From: Clostridia bacterium
GTDB taxonomy: Bacteria; Bacillota; Clostridia; Oscillospirales; CAG-272
Reading direction: 5' to 3'
Assembly (NCBI GenBank): GCA_017463445.1
Contig: JAFTPF010000011.1
Location: 33,087 to 97,086, forward strand
Length of the DNA stretch: 64,000 bases
Below the pieces are notes generated by a model, which did no database searches, was not told the DNA's origin, and worked only from the letters and a program-made list of their open reading frames with translations. Both the position numbers and the translations under genes were made by a program. Shown here piece by piece: positions 27,933 to 37,235 of this stretch. How positions within the stretch are numbered: position 1 is the stretch's first letter; each line of letters starts with the position of its first letter.

Positions 27933-28841
27933 TTATTCGTGGATGGTGCGCTTCTTGAAGACGAGAGAGACAGACAGCACCAGCGCGATCAGGGACAGCA
28001 CCAGCGCCACATTCAGCACGTCGCCGGTCTTGGGAGCAGGCTCGGGGGTCTTTACAGGAATCGCCTCGCCGACAGCAACAGTCTCGCCGCAATCCTTGCA
28101 CTTGGTATCTCCGGTATAGCCTTCTTCGGTCTCGGTTGCTTCCTTTGCACCTACAACCTCGGTGTTCTCGTGGGTGCAGGGCGCAGGCTCGCCGTTTCTG
28201 TCGAAGATACCGTTTGCGGTTACAAACGCTTTATCTGCATTGCTGGGCCAGGTCAGCTTGGGTACCCAGTATACGTCGTTGCCGCCGCCTGCAGCTTCGC
28301 CGTTGTTGCAGATATCACCGAGAGTCTTCCAAGCAACGCCCACGCGCAGATGACCGTCGGTAACGGTCAGGAAGTCGAAATCAGCATATGCCATGTAAAC
28401 TTCTACGGTAGTGTGGTTCAGATCGCCGACCTTTTCGTTGGTCATCTTAGCAACCATCTTATCGTGGCTCTTAGCGGGCTCGGTATTGGTATCACTCATA
28501 CCCTGAGCGGAAACCCAGCACTGATTGTCGCCGTTGCCGTTCTTGTTGATAAAGAACTCAAAGTTGGTGCTTTCATGCCACGAGGGGCCGTCGTTAATAA
28601 ACTGACCGTGATACGCGTCGGCGGCAAGGTAAAGGCCGTCTTCACCCAAAATGCCGTAAATGGTGACCTTTTTGCCTTCCCAGTCGCCAGAGCCGACAAC
28701 CGAAAGAGTGGGCAAGCCTTCCCAATCGGACAGGTCGCCGTCAACGGTGATGGAAGGAGTCTCGTCAGCAGAAACCGCCATAGCGGGAAGCCAGCATAGT
28801 GCCATTACGAAAACAAGAAGGATGGAAATGATTCTTTTCAT
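27933..28841 (-). CDS. cell-wall-anchored surface protein (CBM9/DOMON-like N-terminal domain, APKTG sorting signal)
   Basis: Signal peptide MKRIISILLVFVMALCWLPAMAVSA. ITVDGDLSDWEGL is homologous to the N-terminus of the 29112 gene. The C-terminal APKTGD is followed by 21 hydrophobic residues and KKRTIHE. GGAGG is the RBS before ATG 28841. Confidence 0.75.
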   Translation of the reverse strand: MKRIISILLVFVMALCWLPAMAVSADETPSITVDGDLSDWEGLPTLSVVGSGDWEGKKVTIYGILGEDGLYLAADAYHGQFINDGPSWHESTNFEFFINKNGNGDNQCWVSAQGMSDTNTEPAKSHDKMVAKMTNEKVGDLNHTTVEVYMAYADFDFLTVTDGHLRVGVAWKTLGDICNNGEAAGGGNDVYWVPKLTWPSNADKAFVTANGIFDRNGEPAPCTHENTEVVGAKEATETEEGYTGDTKCKDCGETVAVGEAIPVKTPEPAPKTGDVLNVALVLSLIALVLSVSLVFKKRTIHE

Positions 28842-28896
28842 AGGATTAACCTCCATAGATTAGATTGCACGGAGCAAAATTCCCCTGTTTACAATT

Positions 28897-28925
28897 ATTC
28901 TATCTTATGTTCACAAAAAAGTCAA
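28897..28925 (-). promoter_or_regulatory. sigma-A type promoter of the 307-aa surface protein gene
   Basis: The minus strand reads TTGACT, 17 nt, TAGAAT. The -35 context TTGACTTTTTTGTGAAC is shared with 31003-31031. Confidence 0.55.
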
Positions 28926-29025
28926 TATTTTTGCGCAACTTTTTCCCGTCAATTTAAATTTTCTACGTTTTCACCAAACCACTCACTCTGTTTTTGACAA
29001 AACGAACAAACATTTTTCTACAATC

Positions 29026-29057
29026 AAAAATCTCCCTCCAATCGGAGGGAGATTTTT
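29026..29057 (-). terminator. terminator after the 628-aa surface protein gene
   Basis: AAAAATCTCCCTCCAATCGGAGGGAGATTTTT. Confidence 0.65.
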
Positions 29058-29111
29058 GTGATTTCTCTGCTAAGTATTCGCAGCTATGACAGCAGAGAGG
29101 TATAAATTTGC

Positions 29112-30947
29112 TTATTCAGCGATTCTGCGCTTCTTGGAAACGACTACTGCGCCCAAAGACAGAACTGCAACAGCAGCTACTACGGAGTAAACGGTAGCGT
29201 CGCCGGTCTTGGGAGACTCGGGCTGCTCGGGCTGCTCAGGCTGCTCAGGCTGCTCGGGAGTGGGATCCTCTGCATAGAATACGAATGCGTGATTCAAGGA
29301 CATCTTGTCACCACCGTAAACGGAGCAGTTCATATTCAGAACCTGACCGCCGTCGGTTTCCAGGAAGTATGCAGTGAAGGGATACGCCTTGCCGGCTTCC
29401 AATTCAATGGTCTCGGTGTAGGTGTTGCCGTGCGCTCTGCCGTCCTGTTCTCCATCGTTCCAAGAGTAACCTGCCCACATTTCGTACACACGCTCACCGC
29501 CGATCTCCATCATAAAGCCGTTGTCAACGTCGTATGCGCCGAAGGTGTATTCGCCGGAAACTTCGGGAACCAGCCAGCCGGAGTACTCGATCACATAGCC
29601 GTCTTCGTTAATCAGAGCAGCCTCGAGAGTTGCAACATTCTTGGTATCGCCTTTTACCATAAGCTCCAACAGTTTGTCGATGGAAGAGTCAAACTTAAAG
29701 TTCTCTTCAATGCACTGAGAGCCGTTTCCGCCGGTACCGCGGCCTACCATATCGTTAGCCCATTTGCCTTTATCGGTGGAGTAGTACTGCTTGGTCAGAT
29801 CAAAGGTGAATGCGTCGTTGATGTTGGAGCCGGAGTTGGCGTCGTCAGGAGTGGTGGTAGCGAAGATCTCGAGAGCGTCGCCGCCGCCCAGCTCGAGGAA
29901 GTAGATCTCAACGTCTACGGTCTCGTTAGCCGCCAGAGTGAAGGTGGAGTCGTTGGAAACCAGACGGTCATTAGCACCGTCGAACCAGTGAGATGCGCCC
30001 CAATACTCGTAAACCTTTTCGCCGTCTACGAACATAGTGAAGCCGTTGTCAATCTTGCGACCGATCAGAGTGTACTCGCCTGCTTCCTTAGCGGTCATGG
30101 TACCGGTCCATTTGAAGATGTACCAATCGCCGAAGTTATTGGTGACGGATACAGAAGTAACCTTCTCTTCAGACATCAGCAAAGAGCCGTCGATCAGGGT
30201 TTCGATAGTTGCATCGAATTTCTCGTTGCCGTCGAAGCTCACTCTTGCTTCGTAAGTATCCTGAACGATGGTGCCTACATAGTCAACAGTAGGAGCCTTG
30301 TAGTAGGTAGCAGAGATGTTACCGGTCTCAGAGCAAGCGTAAACGCCGGTAGAGGTAACAAGGGTTCTGTTGTTTCTCTCGTGAGTTCCTGCAGGGGTGA
30401 TATAAGCGCCCTTGCCATCGGGAGAGTTGTTGGTGTCAACAGCCATACCAACGCGGGTGGAGCCGTCTGCATAGAACCAGCTGTCCTCCAGCTGTGCTCT
30501 GTCGATGTACGCCTCGATCACGAAGTGGTTGGGAGCGGAACCTTCAACGGTCTCGAAAGTAGCAGCCGCGTCGGTTACGTTGCCTTCCTTGCGCAAGCCG
30601 CCCTCTTTGTTGGTGAGGCTGACCCATCTCTGGTTCTGGTCGCCGGTATACGGACCTACGAAAAACTCAAGGTTAGGGCTGTTCCACCAGTCGCCGTCAG
30701 CACTGGCATCAAAGCCGGTGGTGTATGCGTCAACTGCCACGTACAGGCCTTCTTCGTTTACAACACCGTAGTAGGTGTACTTCGCACCGCTGTCAAGAGT
30801 GGTGACGATAGTATCCAGACCTGCCCATTCGGAAACGTTGCCGTCAAGGGTGATCTCGGGAGCTGCTTCTGCGGCAGAAACTGCAAACGCAGGAACCAGA
30901 CCTACAACCATCGCCAGCGCGAGAAGAGTTGTGATAATCTTTTTCAT
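29112..30947 (-). CDS. cell-wall-anchored surface protein (CBM9/DOMON-like domain, PA14-like repeats, SPKTG sorting signal)
   Basis: Signal peptide MKKIITTLLALAMVVGLVPAFAVSA. EITLDGNVSEWAGL is present. The blocks IDNGFTMFVDGEKVYEYWGASHW and VDNGFMMEIGGERVYEMWAGYSW are PA14-like. A (PEQ)n linker precedes SPKTGD (codons 29202-29216), a hydrophobic stretch and KKRRIAE. AGGAGG is the RBS before ATG 30947. Confidence 0.78.
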   Translation of the reverse strand: MKKIITTLLALAMVVGLVPAFAVSAAEAAPEITLDGNVSEWAGLDTIVTTLDSGAKYTYYGVVNEEGLYVAVDAYTTGFDASADGDWWNSPNLEFFVGPYTGDQNQRWVSLTNKEGGLRKEGNVTDAAATFETVEGSAPNHFVIEAYIDRAQLEDSWFYADGSTRVGMAVDTNNSPDGKGAYITPAGTHERNNRTLVTSTGVYACSETGNISATYYKAPTVDYVGTIVQDTYEARVSFDGNEKFDATIETLIDGSLLMSEEKVTSVSVTNNFGDWYIFKWTGTMTAKEAGEYTLIGRKIDNGFTMFVDGEKVYEYWGASHWFDGANDRLVSNDSTFTLAANETVDVEIYFLELGGGDALEIFATTTPDDANSGSNINDAFTFDLTKQYYSTDKGKWANDMVGRGTGGNGSQCIEENFKFDSSIDKLLELMVKGDTKNVATLEAALINEDGYVIEYSGWLVPEVSGEYTFGAYDVDNGFMMEIGGERVYEMWAGYSWNDGEQDGRAHGNTYTETIELEAGKAYPFTAYFLETDGGQVLNMNCSVYGGDKMSLNHAFVFYAEDPTPEQPEQPEQPEQPESPKTGDATVYSVVAAVAVLSLGAVVVSKKRRIAE

Positions 30948-31002
30948 AATATCCTCCTGATATTTTGACAAAGTCGCTGCGAGACTCTGCCGATTCATAA
31001 TT

Positions 31003-31031
31003 ATTGTACACCACGTTCACAAAAAAGTCAA
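31003..31031 (-). promoter_or_regulatory. sigma-A type promoter of the 628-aa surface protein gene
   Basis: The minus strand reads TTGACT, 17 nt, TACAAT. Confidence 0.55.
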
Positions 31032-31163
31032 GAATTATTTGCACCAAAAGGAAATTGCACAAACAAATTCTCTGTTTTTAACAAAAGCGAAAATGAGTTT
31101 TTAGGCAGGATGACGAACACAGTCACCCCGACGTCCAACAGGGTCGGGGTGACTTGGGAATGC

Positions 31164-32606
31164 TTATTTGTTGCGGTACAATACCGGGCAGAAGGTCAGA
31201 AGCAGCGGGAAGATCTCCAGTCTGCCGAAGAGCATCAGAACGGAGAGAATGTATTTCGTTGAGTCCGCAAAGAAGCCGAAGTTGCCGGTAGGACCGGTCA
31301 GCCCCAGACCGGGACCGACGTTATTGAGACAGGTCGCCATCGCGCCGAAAGCGCTGGAAAAATCCACATTATCCAGCGAGACCAGCAGAAGTCCAACGGC
31401 AGCCAGGGCAAAGTACGCCATCGTGTACGCTGAAAGATCGTTCAGGGTGGATTCCTCCACCTGCTTGCCGTTGAGGCGGATGGCTTTCACCGAGCGGGGA
31501 TGCACCATCTGATGCAGATCCCGTCGAAGCTTCTTGAACACCAGCAGGATCCGGGTGACCTTAAAGCCGCCGCCCGTTGAGCCGCCGCAGGCACCGCAAA
31601 AGATCAGCAGGACGAGAATGACCTGCGAGAACATGGGCCACTGACAGTAATCGGCAGTAGCGTAACCGGAGGTGGTGATGATAGACGCTACCTGGAAGGA
31701 GGAATAACGCAGGGCTTCGGCAAAATTGTTATAGAGCGAGACGATATTGGCGGCGATCAAGAGGGATGCGCCCGCCACGATACCGAAATAGGTCCACATT
31801 TCGTCGCTTTTCAACACGGATTTGAAGTCGCGCAGAAGCAACAGGAAGAAGACGTTAAAATTGACGCCGAACAGCAGCATAAACACGGTGATGACGATCT
31901 CAAAGTAGAGATTGCCGTAGTGACCGATGCTGGCGTTATAGACCGAGAAGCCGCCGGTGCCTGCCGTTCCGAAGGCGTGGACCAGCGAGTCGAAGAGCGA
32001 CATTCCGCCGCCCAGCAGGAAGCCAACCATAATGACGGTAAGAGCGATGTAGATGTAGTAGAGCCACTTGGCGGTAACCTTCAGCTTAGGTGCCATCTTA
32101 CCGAAGGAGGTTCCGGGGACTTCCGCCTTCATGATATGCACCGATCCGCTTCCTGCGGAGGGCAGGATCGCCATAATGAAGACGATAACGCCCATGCCGC
32201 CGATCCAGTGGGTGAAGCTGCGCCAGAAGAGGATCCCCTTGGGCAGGATCTCCACATTGGAGAGGACGGTGGAGCCGGTGGTGGTAAAGCCCGAGACCGT
32301 CTCAAAGATGGCGTCGGCAAAGCGGGGGATCGCTCCGCTGAAGATGAAGGGCAGACAGCCAACCAGCGAAACCACGATCCAGGTCAGCGCTACAGTCAGA
32401 TAGCCTTCTCTGGCGTAGAGCGCTTTTTTGCGGGGACGGATCAGAAGGACGGCAAGTCCGCCCAAAGCCCCCGAGATCAGGATGGTATAGAGATACGGAA
32501 GAATGCTCTCACCGTAGCAGACCGCAAAAATCATCGGCAGAAGAAGCAGAGCGGCAAGCGCCACCAGTACCCAACCTACCATTCTAAAAACCAGCGGAAA
32601 GTTCAA
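31164..32606 (-). CDS. trkH: TrkH/KtrB family potassium uptake membrane subunit
   Basis: 480 aa, polytopic, with repeated GFTTTGST/TSGYAT/GGSTGGGFK selectivity-filter-like motifs. Confidence 0.9.
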   Translation of the reverse strand: MNFPLVFRMVGWVLVALAALLLLPMIFAVCYGESILPYLYTILISGALGGLAVLLIRPRKKALYAREGYLTVALTWIVVSLVGCLPFIFSGAIPRFADAIFETVSGFTTTGSTVLSNVEILPKGILFWRSFTHWIGGMGVIVFIMAILPSAGSGSVHIMKAEVPGTSFGKMAPKLKVTAKWLYYIYIALTVIMVGFLLGGGMSLFDSLVHAFGTAGTGGFSVYNASIGHYGNLYFEIVITVFMLLFGVNFNVFFLLLLRDFKSVLKSDEMWTYFGIVAGASLLIAANIVSLYNNFAEALRYSSFQVASIITTSGYATADYCQWPMFSQVILVLLIFCGACGGSTGGGFKVTRILLVFKKLRRDLHQMVHPRSVKAIRLNGKQVEESTLNDLSAYTMAYFALAAVGLLLVSLDNVDFSSAFGAMATCLNNVGPGLGLTGPTGNFGFFADSTKYILSVLMLFGRLEIFPLLLTFCPVLYRNK

Positions 32607-32639
32607 GAAAACAGATCCCTTCGAAAAAAATTACAATCG

Positions 32640-33995
32640 TTACGACATAATATCGCTGAGATTATTCAGTCCAACGTGAGTTGTGACCACGATCACGCTG
32701 TCTCCCGGTTGAATGACGTCTTCGCCGCGCGGGAAGATGGTCTGCCGTTTGCGGATAACACAGGCGATCAGGTAGCCCTTCTTGGGGCGAAGCTCTCTTA
32801 GCGGAACACCAATGCCGCGGAAGGCTTCGGTGACCTTGAATTCCAACGCCTCGGCTCTGCCGTCCATAATGGAAGAAAGAGCTTCCACATTACTGCCCAG
32901 CGAGGATTGCATTGCGCGGACATAACGCTGTACCTGCGCCGCCGCAATCAGATGCGGAGTCACCACATTGCGGATGTTTACCTTTGATATAATACCCGAA
33001 AGCTGGGTGTGATCGATTTTGGTGATGACCTTTGCCACGCCTCTCGCCTGCGCGCTCATGGAGATAACGATATTCTCCTGGTCCATTGCGGTCAGCGCCA
33101 CCAGGGCGTCCGCACCGTCCAGACCCTCCTCGCGGAGTATCTCCTCGTCGGAGCCGTCGCCCCAGGTAACATCGGCACGAGGGAGGACGTCTGCCAGATA
33201 TTCGGCGCGCTCCTTGTCCTTTTCCACGATGCAGACCCGCAGATTGTTCTCATGAAGCAGGCGAGCAAGATAGTAACTGACAGTGCTGCCGCCTACGAGG
33301 ACCACGGTCTTGGCCTTTTTACGGGCAGGATCGATCAAACGGAAGAATTTCGCAATCTCGGCAGGGCTACCGGCAATACCGATCCGATCGCCGGCGGTAA
33401 TCGTATAAGAGCCGTCAGGGATCAGTACGTCGCCTCCGCGGACTGCCGCACAGACCAGGATCTGCATCTTCAGCTTTTGCGTCAGCTGAGGCAGGCGGAT
33501 GCCGCACAGCGGCGAACCCTCGGGAATGGTGTATTCCACCATCTCCACCCGTCCTTTGGCGAAGAAATCCACCTTAACGTCGGCGGGCAGGATCAGTTGA
33601 CGAGAGATCTCGGTAGCGGCTTCCAGCTCAGGGTTCACCGACAGCGAAAGCCCCAGCGTATTCCACATCACCGAAAGTCCCCGCAGAAGCTTTGGATCGC
33701 GGACGCGTGCGATGGTGTGCGGGGTGCCCAGCTCCCGTGCCAGCATACAGCAGAGCAGATTGATCTCGTCTGAGGAAGTAAGCGCGATCAGCAGATTGGC
33801 ACTGCCGACCCCCGCCTCCTGCAGGATCTGTGCATCCACAGCGTCACCGGTATAGGTGATAACATCCTGTGTATTTTGACTCTTTCTCAGCTGTGCGGGA
33901 TCCTTATCCACCACAGTAACGTCGTGACCGTCCCGGGAGAGCTGATCCGCCAGATAGAAACCTGTCTTGCCGTTTCCAACGATAATGATCTTCAT
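32640..33995 (-). CDS. trkA: Trk system potassium uptake protein TrkA (two RCK/NAD-binding domains)
   Basis: MKIIIVGNGKTGFYLA is one Rossmann motif and a second one is VVLVGGSTVSYYLA. The protein is 451 aa. Confidence 0.9.
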   Translation of the reverse strand: MKIIIVGNGKTGFYLADQLSRDGHDVTVVDKDPAQLRKSQNTQDVITYTGDAVDAQILQEAGVGSANLLIALTSSDEINLLCCMLARELGTPHTIARVRDPKLLRGLSVMWNTLGLSLSVNPELEAATEISRQLILPADVKVDFFAKGRVEMVEYTIPEGSPLCGIRLPQLTQKLKMQILVCAAVRGGDVLIPDGSYTITAGDRIGIAGSPAEIAKFFRLIDPARKKAKTVVLVGGSTVSYYLARLLHENNLRVCIVEKDKERAEYLADVLPRADVTWGDGSDEEILREEGLDGADALVALTAMDQENIVISMSAQARGVAKVITKIDHTQLSGIISKVNIRNVVTPHLIAAAQVQRYVRAMQSSLGSNVEALSSIMDGRAEALEFKVTEAFRGIGVPLRELRPKKGYLIACVIRKRQTIFPRGEDVIQPGDSVIVVTTHVGLNNLSDIMS

Positions 33996-34037
33996 AAATA
34001 CGCCTTTCTGTTGCCCTTGTCAGGGCGATACGCCCTC

Positions 34038-34066
34038 AGTTTAGCACAAATCCAACGGCTTGTCAA
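34038..34066 (-). promoter_or_regulatory. sigma-A type promoter of trkA-trkH
   Basis: The minus strand reads TTGACA, 17 nt, TAAACT. The leader is only ~40 nt, so there is no room for a riboswitch. Confidence 0.45.
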
Positions 34067-34161
34067 GTCCTGTAACACAGCGGACAAAAATTGGCCCGGG
34101 AGGTATGGAAGCGAATGCGGGAGCATACAGTATAGAGATCAGACGGAAAGGCGGAATATAT

Positions 34162-34680
34162 ATGAAGATCCTTCGTATCTGGATCACAATACTGCTGACG
34201 GCGGTATTGCTGGCAGCACTTCCCTCTTGCGGTGGGGATCCCGACGACTCGCTGTCCTATCAGGAGCAGGAGTGCGTTTTCACGGGCGTATGCAAGCTGG
34301 AGGACGGAGACTACACCCTGCAGATCAGTCTGCACACCGACGGCAGCCGCGAGCTGCTCTTCCTGTCCCCCGAAACGCTGAGCGGATGCCGCTACATCCG
34401 GGACGCGGCAGGCGCGTACAGCTTTATCTGCGAGGACACCGTTCTGCCGGTGGCGGGCAATCCTACCGTGGAGACAGTCTTCGGACTGTTTGAGCTCAAG
34501 GAATCCGATCTGCTCTCTGCAGAGCTTGAGGAAAACGCGGGCGAAGGTCTGAACGTACTGACCTTTGCTGGAGACGTGACGGTCTATCTCAGCAGCGCGG
34601 ACGGTCTGCCGCTTCGCTTTGAGCATCCTCTGTTGACCCTCACGCTCCATGCCGACGGGCGGGAGGTAGCAAAACCGTAA
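34162..34680 (+). CDS. lipoprotein, unknown function
   Basis: MKILRIWITILLTAVLLAALPSCGG is a lipobox signal peptide. ATG 34162 is chosen over track start 34060. Confidence 0.65.
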   Translation: MKILRIWITILLTAVLLAALPSCGGDPDDSLSYQEQECVFTGVCKLEDGDYTLQISLHTDGSRELLFLSPETLSGCRYIRDAAGAYSFICEDTVLPVAGNPTVETVFGLFELKESDLLSAELEENAGEGLNVLTFAGDVTVYLSSADGLPLRFEHPLLTLTLHADGREVAKP

Positions 34681-34699
34681 AACTGCGCCTCGCAAGCCG

Positions 34700-34729
34700 A
34701 AACGGCAGGGCAAAAGCCCTGCCGTTTTT
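34700..34729. terminator. bidirectional rho-independent terminator
   Basis: AAACGGCAGGGCAAAAGCCCTGCCGTTTTT lies between convergent genes. Confidence 0.75.
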
Positions 34730-34768
34730 CGATATGGTATAATTTTCCTAAACTACGAGAAGCATTCC

Positions 34769-35722
34769 TCAGTTCACCACGTTACGCGGATCGCCCTCGA
34801 TCCACGCCCGCAGATTGGAGCAGACAATGTCCAGCAGACGTAGGCGCGTCTCCAGCGGTGCCCATGCCACATGAGGGGTGATAAGGATGTTCTCGACTCC
34901 GCAGAGCGCACAATCCTCCGCCATCGGCTCCCTTACCACCACGTCCACGGCGGCACCGGAGAGGTATCCGCTCTGCACCGCCCGGGCGAGCGCGTCCTCT
35001 TCTACCACGCCGCCGCGGGAGGTGTTGATAAAGCACGCACCCTTTTTCATCGTTGCAAAAGCGTTGGAATCGAACATTCCCGCCGTATCGGGTGTCAACG
35101 GCGTGTGACAGGAGACGAAATCCGATTTTGCAAGAAGCGTCGGCAGATCGGTGAAGGTGACCCGAGCATCCTCTTTCGGCGTGCGGGTATATACCAGCAC
35201 CCGCATTCCGAACGCCAGCGCGATGTTCGCCACCGCACGTCCGATGGAACCGTAGCCCACGATGCCCAACGTCTTCCCGTACAGCTCGCAAGTGGGGTAT
35301 TCGAAGATCGAGAAGAAGCGAGACCGCTTCCAGCCGCCCTCCTGCACGAAGGCGTTATATTTGCCAACCTTGTCCGCAAGCTCCAACATTAGGGCGAAGG
35401 TGTGCTGTGCCACCGCCATGGTGGAGTATTCGCCGGCATTGCAGACATCGATGCCTTTTCCCCGTGCGTAGACAGTGTCGATGTTGTTATAGCCGGTGGC
35501 GAAGAGCCCGATGTAGCGCAGATTCGGCGCGGCGTCTATTTCCGCTTTGCCCAGGACGGTCTTGTTGCAAAGCACCGCATCGGCATCCTTGATCCGCTGG
35601 GCGGTGAGGGCAGGATCGTTGTCCTCGTAGAAAGTCACCTCGCCGAAGGGGGCAAGGTATGCGGCAACGTCAATATCGGCGGCAGAAAAGACCGTTCCGC
35701 TGTCGGTGAACACGATTTTCAT
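34769..35722 (-). CDS. D-isomer-specific 2-hydroxyacid dehydrogenase (glycerate dehydrogenase-like)
   Basis: 317 aa. The NAD motif is GIVGYGSIGRAVA and the catalytic-region residues are SRGGVV...ITPHVAW. Confidence 0.85.
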   Translation of the reverse strand: MKIVFTDSGTVFSAADIDVAAYLAPFGEVTFYEDNDPALTAQRIKDADAVLCNKTVLGKAEIDAAPNLRYIGLFATGYNNIDTVYARGKGIDVCNAGEYSTMAVAQHTFALMLELADKVGKYNAFVQEGGWKRSRFFSIFEYPTCELYGKTLGIVGYGSIGRAVANIALAFGMRVLVYTRTPKEDARVTFTDLPTLLAKSDFVSCHTPLTPDTAGMFDSNAFATMKKGACFINTSRGGVVEEDALARAVQSGYLSGAAVDVVVREPMAEDCALCGVENILITPHVAWAPLETRLRLLDIVCSNLRAWIEGDPRNVVN

Positions 35723-35935
35723 AGCATGACCTCGTCAGATGTAATAATTCTGTTATCATTATACCTCTTTTTGGACTTGCGCGCAACTGCTTTTTTGTAT
35801 TTCTTTACAAAATTTATAATTTGCAATTTTTTTGTCAAAACCCGTTCACAAAAGATAAAAAATGTGTTATAATAAGGTATCATATGCGGTTCGGGGGCAG
35901 GACTGCCCGGACTTCGAAAGGGAAGGTACAACAGT

Positions 35936-37045
35936 ATGAAGGATTTATTCGGCGAGCTCAGCGTCATCGGCATGAAGGGATGCGAGGATTTCACCGCACA
36001 GGTCAACAACTATTTGAAGTCTTGGAGAGGCTCCACCGAGGGCTTTGTGGTAGACTGCGAATGCCCCCGCTTCGGCAGCGGTGAGGCAAAGGGTCTTTTG
36101 CACGAGTCGCTCCGCGGACACGACGTTTACATCATCTGCGACGTATTCAACTACGGCGCCACCTACAAAATGTACGGTATGACCGTACCCATGAGCCCCG
36201 ACGATCATTTTGCCGACCTAAAGCGCATTATCGGTGCCATCGGCGGCAAAGCTCGCAGAATCACCGTCATTATGCCGATGCTCTACGAGGGCAGACAGCA
36301 TAAGAGAAGCTCCCGCGAGTCTCTGGACTGCGCGTATGCTCTGCAAGAGCTGGTGAGCATGGGCGTTACCAATATCATCACCTTCGATGCCCACGATCCC
36401 CGCGTACAGAATGCCATTCCCCTTCACGGTTTTGAGAACGTCCGTTGCACCTACCAGATGATCAAGGCATTCATCAACACCGTTGACGACATCGACCTGA
36501 ACAATCTTGCCATCGTATCCCCCGACGAGGGCGGTATGGGACGCGCGATGTACTACTCCTCCGTCCTGAAGCTGGATCTGGGTATGTTCTACAAGCGCCG
36601 CAACTATTCGGTCATTATCAACGGCAGAAACCCCATCGAGGCTCACGAATACCTGGGAAAGAGCGTCAAGGGCAAGGACGTCATTATCGTGGACGATATG
36701 ATCTCCTCCGGCGACTCTGTCATTGAGGTTGCCGAGAAGCTGAAGGAACGCGGTGCCAAGCGCATCTTCACCTTCGCTACCTTCGGTCTCTTCTGCAACG
36801 GTCTGGAGAATATGGACAAGGCTTACGAAAAGGGTCTGATCACCAAGATCTTCACCACCAACCTGAACTACCGCAGCGACGAGGTCCGCAATCGTCCCTG
36901 GTACGGCGAGGTCAATATGACCAAGTTCGTCTCGCTGATCATCGATACCTTAAACTACGACGAGTCCCTCTCCGGTCTCCTCTCCCCCGCTGCTAAGATC
37001 AACGCCTTTGTGGACAACGCTAAGGCAAACGGTAAGTTGAAATAA
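35936..37045 (+). CDS. prs: ribose-phosphate pyrophosphokinase family protein
   Basis: The PRPP-binding loop is DVIIVDDMISSGDSV. MPMLYEGRQHKR and ITFDAHDP are also present. At 369 aa it is longer than classical Prs. Confidence 0.8.
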   Translation: MKDLFGELSVIGMKGCEDFTAQVNNYLKSWRGSTEGFVVDCECPRFGSGEAKGLLHESLRGHDVYIICDVFNYGATYKMYGMTVPMSPDDHFADLKRIIGAIGGKARRITVIMPMLYEGRQHKRSSRESLDCAYALQELVSMGVTNIITFDAHDPRVQNAIPLHGFENVRCTYQMIKAFINTVDDIDLNNLAIVSPDEGGMGRAMYYSSVLKLDLGMFYKRRNYSVIINGRNPIEAHEYLGKSVKGKDVIIVDDMISSGDSVIEVAEKLKERGAKRIFTFATFGLFCNGLENMDKAYEKGLITKIFTTNLNYRSDEVRNRPWYGEVNMTKFVSLIIDTLNYDESLSGLLSPAAKINAFVDNAKANGKLK

Positions 37046-37051
37046 TAATCG

Positions 37052-37227
37052 GCTCCGCCGACTTAAAACCCCTTCATGTAAGAAGGGGTTTTAAGAATCT
37101 ACCAAAAGCTTTATGAAAGCGCCGCAAATACTTGTGGCGCTTCGTTCTTCTCCCGCTCGACGAGTATTCGTCGGGCTTTTTCAAAAGTTTTTGGGGTCTT
37201 AGGGGGGCTTTTTTCAAAAAGCCCCCT
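37052..37227. repeat. mosaic hairpin element (terminator hairpin, P3, P4, linker, P2-variant)
   Basis: Hairpins lie at 37052-37085, 37117-37140 (CGCCGCAAATACTTGTGGCG), ~37152-37176 (CGACGAGTATTCGTCG) and 37201-37227 (AGGGGGGCTTTTTTCAAAAAGCCCCCT). The linker is CAAAAGTTTTTGGGG. Confidence 0.8.
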
Positions 37228-37235
37228 AATTTAAC

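Noticed and set aside
33996-34161. c-di-AMP (ydaO/kimA-type) riboswitch upstream of trkA-trkH.
   Set aside because: A TTGACA-17-TAAACT promoter leaves a leader of only ~40 nt with one 6-bp hairpin. That is far too short for the ~130-nt riboswitch, and I saw no conserved ACGGGGA-type motifs.
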